Of a stretch of DNA of 38,240 nucleotides, positions 34,059-38,240 are shown one piece after another (position 1 is the stretch's first letter; each line of letters opens with the position of its first letter). The stretch covers positions 1 through 38,240 of IMG/VR virus record IMGVR_UViG_3300020043_004889; one strand, 5' to 3'. A program made the position numbers and the translations under genes. This stretch comes from a virus (taxonomy: Duplodnaviria > Caudoviricetes). The notes under the pieces were generated by a model that was given only the letters and a program-made list of their open reading frames with translations, did not search any database and had not been told where the DNA came from.

Positions 34059-34607
34059 ATGATACAGATATTTAACCAGGAAATCCCTAACAAAATGAGT
34101 GAACTGACCATCGAGCAGTTCGAAAAAATCAGCCAAATCCTAAACAATCAAGACTTCGACAACATCGAAAAATATGTTGAGATGTTCAAATATCTTGGCA
34201 TCAAGGAAGAGATGTGGGATGACTACCCGTTCAGCGAGTTCATCAAGCTCGTGCAAGATTTCAACCTTGACTCATACACACCGAATGAAGCGCAGACAAC
34301 CATTGAGTTGGATGGCTACACCTATGAGGCGAAGATGAAGCTGTCAGTGAAAGAGACCAAGCTCATCGAGAAGATTGTCAACACCAAGCCCAACCACTAC
34401 ATCAGCGATATCTTGGCAATCATGTTCAAACGAACTGACCTATCCAACACCGAGCACTTCACCGATGCTCACCTCAAGCACAAAGCAAAACTATTTCGTA
34501 CACAGAAAGCAGAGCTCTGCGTTCCTTACATTGTATTTGTCACCGAGAAGATAGCTGAATATGCCCAAGCCAACGCTGCCCAAGGGGTGGAATCAAGTCA
34601 GTCTTGA
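34059..34607 (+). CDS. Tail chaperone-like paralog 1 (copy 2; start MIQIF)
   Basis: Homolog of 4705..5253, 182 aa. Confidence 0.6.
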   Translation: MIQIFNQEIPNKMSELTIEQFEKISQILNNQDFDNIEKYVEMFKYLGIKEEMWDDYPFSEFIKLVQDFNLDSYTPNEAQTTIELDGYTYEAKMKLSVKETKLIEKIVNTKPNHYISDILAIMFKRTDLSNTEHFTDAHLKHKAKLFRTQKAELCVPYIVFVTEKIAEYAQANAAQGVESSQS

Positions 34608-35298
34608 GCAGTTCATTGAGCTGCGCCAACTCAAAGCAGAGGATGGTGCGTTCAACCACAACATTGATATCCTCTGTGCGCTCACAGATGCCATACCAGA
34701 TGACTTCGATGACCTCGACATCGCAGAGGTAGCCGATATATTCAAGGACCTCCAGTGGCTGTACACTGAGCCGAGCAAATTGTACACCGATAGGATTGGC
34801 AAGTTCTATCTCAAGCCAATGACTGACCTGACTCTCGGTGAGTTCATCGACCTGGAGTACTATTTCACCACTGACTACATTCAGTATCTGCCAAACATCT
34901 GCGCTCTGCTGTATCGCATACCATCACTTGTGGAGGACAATGTGGTCGCAAAGTGGGAGTCAACTGATTTCAAGACCTCAAGTCGTGTGCACTACTTCCT
35001 GGACCAACCAATCACCAAGATGTATGGTGTGCTGACCGAGTATATCAAGTTCAGAGATAACTTCATCACCAGCCACAAGAACCTGATGACCGAGCAAGTG
35101 GTGGATGACATCGATGACATCACTGACCCAGAAGAAAAGAAGGAAGCGGAGCGTGAAAAGTCCTCACAAAAATGGGGATGGGAGCAGCTCATCTGGTCAA
35201 TGTGCAACGGTGACCTCACCAAATACGACCAAGTGATTCAAATGAAGCTCGTGCTTGTGTTTAATTTCTTAGCGATGAGAAAAGAGCTGGAGATTTAA
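34561..35298 (+). CDS. Tail chaperone-like paralog 2 (copy 2)
   Basis: Homolog of 5207..5944. Confidence 0.6.
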   Translation: MPKPTLPKGWNQVSLEQFIELRQLKAEDGAFNHNIDILCALTDAIPDDFDDLDIAEVADIFKDLQWLYTEPSKLYTDRIGKFYLKPMTDLTLGEFIDLEYYFTTDYIQYLPNICALLYRIPSLVEDNVVAKWESTDFKTSSRVHYFLDQPITKMYGVLTEYIKFRDNFITSHKNLMTEQVVDDIDDITDPEEKKEAEREKSSQKWGWEQLIWSMCNGDLTKYDQVIQMKLVLVFNFLAMRKELEI

Positions 35299-35720
35299 TA
35301 GTCCAGTGCGTAGTTGAAATCCCCATACAGCGGCACAAAGTCATAAATCACTTTAGGTTTCCTGCGCAACAAATTGCCGAGCTCTAAGATAGGGAACTTC
35401 TGAGCCAAATCAGACACATAAAGTCCATACATTTCAGCAATCAATCCATTCATCTCAAGAGAATCATTGAATTTTCTAACCAAATGGAATGGTGCAATGG
35501 TTGCGGTGCCGTTATTTAGATACCCAAAATAGTAGGCAGCGAGAATCTCAACACGAATGTTGCCCTCTGTGGTCACCTTGGCATTGATACGCACCGAGTC
35601 ATATAGCGTATATGTGTCGATGAGTGCTTCATCCTTGATGACTTTCTTGAGCGTGTTGGCGACTCGCCTTCTGAGAGGATATTTGAAGTTATATTCGCCA
35701 GTGTTTTTGTAACGTGCCAT
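35295..35720 (-). CDS. Putative tail completion/neck protein (copy 2)
   Basis: Homolog of 5941..6366. Confidence 0.5.
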   Translation of the reverse strand: MARYKNTGEYNFKYPLRRRVANTLKKVIKDEALIDTYTLYDSVRINAKVTTEGNIRVEILAAYYFGYLNNGTATIAPFHLVRKFNDSLEMNGLIAEMYGLYVSDLAQKFPILELGNLLRRKPKVIYDFVPLYGDFNYALDY

Positions 35721-35722
35721 TA

Positions 35723-35751
35723 CTTATATTGCAATCAGTTGCCGATTTGTT
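35723..35751 (-). promoter_or_regulatory. Putative late promoter (copy 2)
   Basis: Minus strand aaca-N14-tgcaatataagtaATG. Confidence 0.65.
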
Positions 35752-36184
35752 TAGGAATCTGGCAATCAGTCCATGAATCCATGGTGAATGTGATGGTCAT
35801 CAACCATCCAGCAGCGTAGTCGAGGAGGTCATTGTTGAGTGGCACGAGAGCTGGCACACCAACCACATCAAAATCACGATCATTGAGATTGAATGTGTAG
35901 TTGAGATATAGGTCCATGAGAATCTGATGGCAGTCACTCAATATGACATTGATGTTTGCACGGTCCTTTTGGATGATGTCAAAGCAATAAATCTCAAGCG
36001 TGAAGTCATTCGTGTTCTCGGTTGGAATCGCATCCACCGGCACGATGTATACGATAGGATACTTCTCATCTTTGGTGGCGAAGTTGAAGAGCTGCTCCTT
36101 GAAGTCAGAGCCCACCTTTTTGACTTGTAGATGGGCGTTATAGAATGCGATGATTTCGTTGATGAGTGCTTGATAGCTTATCAT
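35735..36184 (-). CDS. Putative tail terminator (copy 2)
   Basis: Homolog of 6381..6830. Confidence 0.55.
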   Translation of the reverse strand: MISYQALINEIIAFYNAHLQVKKVGSDFKEQLFNFATKDEKYPIVYIVPVDAIPTENTNDFTLEIYCFDIIQKDRANINVILSDCHQILMDLYLNYTFNLNDRDFDVVGVPALVPLNNDLLDYAAGWLMTITFTMDSWTDCQIPKQIGN

Positions 36185-38091
36185 AGTACTGAATTTTTCA
36201 TGATTTTGTTGACCTTGTTTTGTGTAGCTGTCATCTCTGTTTCACTCACCACAGCTGTGACGGTGATGTTTTGACTTGACTCCATGCCCGTTGGTGAGGT
36301 TACGTTGTTGGCTGCATTGCCTTGACCGAATAGGTTGCCAGGAACGAATGAAGGAACGGCTGAGTTGCCCACACTTGCAGAAGCACCGCCTCCACCTCCA
36401 CCACTTGGAGTCTGAACCGATGCGCCGCCACCACCCATGAATTTGGATATTGATGATGCCACGATTGTACCGATTGAAGTTGCTGCACGAATCTTGGCAC
36501 CGGCAGCAGCAGCTGAAGCGAGTGCGAGACCACCATCAGGCAATGCTTTCCACAATGGGTTGGCATAGTATCCAGATATCTCCTTCTGTGTGTTGACGAT
36601 AATTTCACCGATGGCGAGTGCTTTGTCTACCAAGAATAGTGCATTGGCGAGCTTCTTGTTCTCACCAGCTAATTCAGTGAGTCCAGAGATAAGCCCTTTG
36701 GCAGCTCCGAGCTTCGCTTGAGCGAGTGATTCCTCTGCTGCGATGACAGCCGCATTGTATTTCTGCTGTTCCTCGAATGATGCCATGTTGGCCTCACCTT
36801 GAATCTGAAGAGATTTGGTTCGGGTGTCGACCAATCCCTTGACTATATCAGTTGACTTTTTGGTCTCAAGTCTCGTGAACTCATCAGCACCAGCTTTGCG
36901 GATGTTGTTGATTTCTAAATCAAGAGCCTTCTCAAGAGCGGTGATATCTTGCTTGTATTTTTTAGCCTCTGCGATGAGCTTTGCATACTTGGCTTTTGCG
37001 TCATCAATCTCTTTTTGCTCTTGAGTCTTATTTGAATCAAGTACCAATTTGTTGGCAGCTGCAATCTCTGCTTGAATTGCCGCCTTTCCTTCCTTGTATT
37101 TCTTGGCTGCTTCAACTGCTCTGGCTTTTGCTTCCTCTGCTGCCTTGTCAGCTTTGGCTTTTGCTTCAGCTTGGTCAGCTATTTCAATCAACTGACGTTC
37201 TTTCGAACCATCCTTGATGAGCTTATTCTCCTCCTCAATGCGCTTACGCAATGCCTTTCGTCTCTCGATGCTGTCCTTGTCTGACAATCCTTTGAGTTCA
37301 GCATATTCTTTACGAGCAGTTGCAAGTCTTTTCTTGGCAGCATCGCTGACGGATTTGGATTTCTCAAGCTCGAGTTGAGTGGTGTCTTTGCCAGCTGCTT
37401 TTGCTTTGGCGATCTCTATATCATATTGGTCGGAGATAGCAGCAGTGCGCTTCTCTGATGACTTGAATGCCTTCTCATTGGCTTTCTCAATCTTTCGAGC
37501 GTTCTCTTCAGCTGCGTAGCTTGTGAGTCCTATGGTATCGGTCAGCCATTTGAATCCATCAATCAATGCATTGATGGGAATCATTAACACATCAAGTGCT
37601 TTTTGTAGCACACCAATCTTATTCAACCATGCACCAATTGCAACTACGATGGCAGTGATGAATGCAGTGAGCAAGAAGATTGGGTTGGTAAGAATCTGCA
37701 CTCCGAGCTTAACGAATGTACTGCCCAAAGTTGTGACTGTCTTTGTTAGTCCTTTGATAGCTCCAGTGATGTCAGCCTTGCCCAATGAGCCAACTGTTTT
37801 TTGGAATGTCGAAGCCTTCTCAGCAGCACCTTCAAAGTCAAGGGAAGCCAAGTCATTGCCAATCATTGCAAAGCTGTTGCTGACCGCTTCGAATTTCGAG
37901 CCAGTGGTGAATACAGCCACCTGCTCATTGGCATCCTTAATCCTATCCGCTACCTCACCAGCTCTGGCAGCGAGAGCCGCCATTTGTTCCGGGTCAGATG
38001 CTTCAGCAATGGCTGCCTTGAGTGATCGTAGCTCTGCCTTGAGTGACTGGACACCCGAGAGCTTGAGAGGTATTTCTATTTCATTAGCCAT
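36181..38091 (-). CDS. Tape measure protein (copy 2)
   Basis: Homolog of 6827..8740, 636 aa. Confidence 0.85.
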   Translation of the reverse strand: MANEIEIPLKLSGVQSLKAELRSLKAAIAEASDPEQMAALAARAGEVADRIKDANEQVAVFTTGSKFEAVSNSFAMIGNDLASLDFEGAAEKASTFQKTVGSLGKADITGAIKGLTKTVTTLGSTFVKLGVQILTNPIFLLTAFITAIVVAIGAWLNKIGVLQKALDVLMIPINALIDGFKWLTDTIGLTSYAAEENARKIEKANEKAFKSSEKRTAAISDQYDIEIAKAKAAGKDTTQLELEKSKSVSDAAKKRLATARKEYAELKGLSDKDSIERRKALRKRIEEENKLIKDGSKERQLIEIADQAEAKAKADKAAEEAKARAVEAAKKYKEGKAAIQAEIAAANKLVLDSNKTQEQKEIDDAKAKYAKLIAEAKKYKQDITALEKALDLEINNIRKAGADEFTRLETKKSTDIVKGLVDTRTKSLQIQGEANMASFEEQQKYNAAVIAAEESLAQAKLGAAKGLISGLTELAGENKKLANALFLVDKALAIGEIIVNTQKEISGYYANPLWKALPDGGLALASAAAAGAKIRAATSIGTIVASSISKFMGGGGASVQTPSGGGGGGASASVGNSAVPSFVPGNLFGQGNAANNVTSPTGMESSQNITVTAVVSETEMTATQNKVNKIMKNSVL

Positions 38092-38240
38092 ATATTCTGA
38101 CTTCGATTGGTGAGTTTAATAATATGTCATCATTGTGCTGATGATTCTGCGTGTTGGTTGTTCTGACCACGATATGTCCATCGCTGTTGATGTATGCTGA
38201 TGAAAGGTGGTCATGCTCTACATTGCCGATAATCACGAAA
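38084..38240 (-). CDS. C-terminus of the tail tip protein (copy 2, partial)
   Basis: Hand translation FVIIGNVEHDHLSSAYINSDGHIVVRTTNTQNHQHNDDILLNSPIEVRIYG* is homologous to the end of 8733..11426. Confidence 0.8.
   Translation of the reverse strand, partial: FVIIGNVEHDHLSSAYINSDGHIVVRTTNTQNHQHNDDILLNSPIEVRIYG

Larger units (their letters stand above)
1..38240 (-). mobile_element. Tailed bacteriophage DNA (siphovirus-like, Bacteroidota host), ~1.3 genome units of a ~29.4 kb unit
   Basis: Terminase, portal, capsid, protease, tape measure, lysis and replication genes fill the window; no bacterial housekeeping genes; gene order restarts after ~29.36 kb. Confidence 0.95.
29365..38240. repeat. Long diverged direct repeat, copy 2 (runs off the window end)
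   Basis: Colinear homolog of 1-8889; 5 mismatches in the first 60 nt; all ORFs intact; many differences synonymous. Confidence 0.97.

Noticed and set aside
1-38240. tRNA/rRNA genes and alternative genetic code
   Set aside because: No cloverleaf or rRNA-like sequence noticed by eye; genes are full-length under the standard bacterial code, with TAA, TGA and TAG all used as stops.

Overview
The whole window is tailed-phage DNA (siphovirus-like, almost certainly infecting a Bacteroidota host). Host evidence: TAnnTTTG promoters, A-rich starts lacking Shine-Dalgarno sites, a DUF3127-like SSB and a BT4734/VirE_N-type primase. It holds about 1.3 genome units. Positions 1-8889 recur at 29365-38240 (period ~29.36 kb) as a diverged, roughly 90% identical (by eye) and fully intact second copy, not an identical terminal repeat. 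One unit contains terminase, head, tail, lysis (holin, amidase, candidate unimolecular spanin), recombination (ERF, YqaJ-like exonuclease, SSB, resolvase) and primase-helicase modules; I recognise no integrase or DNA polymerase. Most interesting signals: (1) the head-to-tail diverged genome duplication with mosaic allele blocks; (2) a bipartite AACA-N13/14-TGCAATATAA motif sitting almost on the ATG of virion operons, paired with an ECF-sigma-like gene; (3) an array of small AT-rich genes joined by a repeated AAACAACAAGAACAATG stop/start junction; (4) a kissing-loop/terminator leader RNA and an iteron array beside a DnaA-domain-IV-like gene; (5) an inverted tail-chaperone-like paralog pair behind overlapping divergent promoters. 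All family assignments come from motif recognition by eye, without database searches.
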